From NCBI GenBank assembly GCA_026392385.1, contig JAPLCG010000064.1:1-56941 (forward strand): 56,941 nt of DNA. Direction: 5' to 3'. The translations under genes and the position numbers were made by a program. The stretch is from Solirubrobacterales bacterium. GTDB taxonomy: Bacteria; Actinomycetota; Thermoleophilia; Solirubrobacterales; Solirubrobacteraceae. Positions 56,868 through 56,941 of the stretch are shown one piece after another (within the stretch, counting starts at the first letter, position 1; each line of letters opens with the position of its first letter). The notes beneath the pieces are model-generated. The model had not been told where the DNA came from. It did no database searches and saw only the letters and a program-made list of their open reading frames with translations.

Positions 56868-56941
56868 TACTCGAGCACCACGAGCGTGTCACCTTCGGAT
56901 ACGGCCTGGCCTTCCTCGCAACGAATCTCCTTCACAACGCC
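56868..56941 (-). CDS. 3' end of a biotinyl-domain protein (acyl-CoA carboxylase alpha subunit / BCCP), truncated by the window edge
   Basis: The reverse strand reads ...GVVKEIRCEEGQAVSEGDTLVVLE-stop, the typical end of a biotinyl/lipoyl attachment domain. Only 24 codons are visible. Confidence 0.55.

Overview
This is about 57 kb of moderately high-GC bacterial chromosome (roughly 58-62 % G+C by eye). Gene order and protein sequences look actinobacterial, possibly a deep-branching lineage; the taxon cannot be fixed without a database search.

Gene content:
- Bases 1-19.6 kb form one co-directional ribosomal super-operon. It runs fusA (5' partial), tuf, the S10 operon (rpsJ rplC rplD rplW rplB rpsS rplV rpsC rplP rpmC rpsQ), the spc operon (rplN rplX rplE rpsN rpsH rplF rplR rpsE rpmD rplO secY adk map), the alpha operon (rpmJ rpsM rpsK rpsD rpoA rplQ) and truA.
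- infA is absent from its usual map-rpmJ slot.
- Three genes below the 60-aa ORF-track cutoff were recovered by hand: rpmD, rpmJ and a rubredoxin.
- 19.6-30.5 kb is housekeeping: a DEDD exonuclease, surE, ligA, a PBP4-type carboxypeptidase, a patatin-like lipase, a HisC-like aminotransferase, an acyl-CoA ligase and a NIF3 protein, ending at tRNA-Pro(CGG).
- 30.6-32.3 kb carries the only clearly accessory-looking gene, a secreted protein made of seven near-identical 117-bp RCC1-like repeats.
- 32.5-50.4 kb holds arfB, two GT-C-like membrane proteins, a tandem DsbA/HCCA-isomerase pair, a DUF4234 membrane protein, an OmpR/HisKA two-component pair, an SRPBCC protein, a beta-carbonic anhydrase, a class-III aminotransferase and a sigma-70 factor. 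It continues with a PQQ-type sugar dehydrogenase, an MBL hydrolase, ccdA, a ZIP transporter, an SDR, a MobA fusion, a Nudix hydrolase and the rubredoxin.
- 50.7-55.2 kb is a bioB-bioF-bioD-bioA operon on the minus strand. It is followed by a CHAP-like secreted protein, a crotonase and the 3' end of a biotinyl-domain carboxylase gene.

I saw no transposase, integrase, prophage, CRISPR array, toxin-antitoxin pair or recognisable defence gene, and I could not identify a convincing new multi-gene system.

The leads I consider worth a second look:
- The RCC1-like repeat protein.
- An approximately 89-aa C-terminal extension on BioB, possibly a fused auxiliary module.
- Unusually long low-complexity extensions on ribosomal proteins S17, L5, S5 and S3.
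- A MobA-ThiS/MoaD-like fusion.
- A DUF4234 gene that seems to need a non-canonical ATC/ATT start.
- An AT-rich palindrome upstream of the ZIP transporter.
- A 282-nt structured, AT-richer spacer between the rubredoxin gene and bioA.

All family calls come from motif recognition by eye. Start codons are best guesses.
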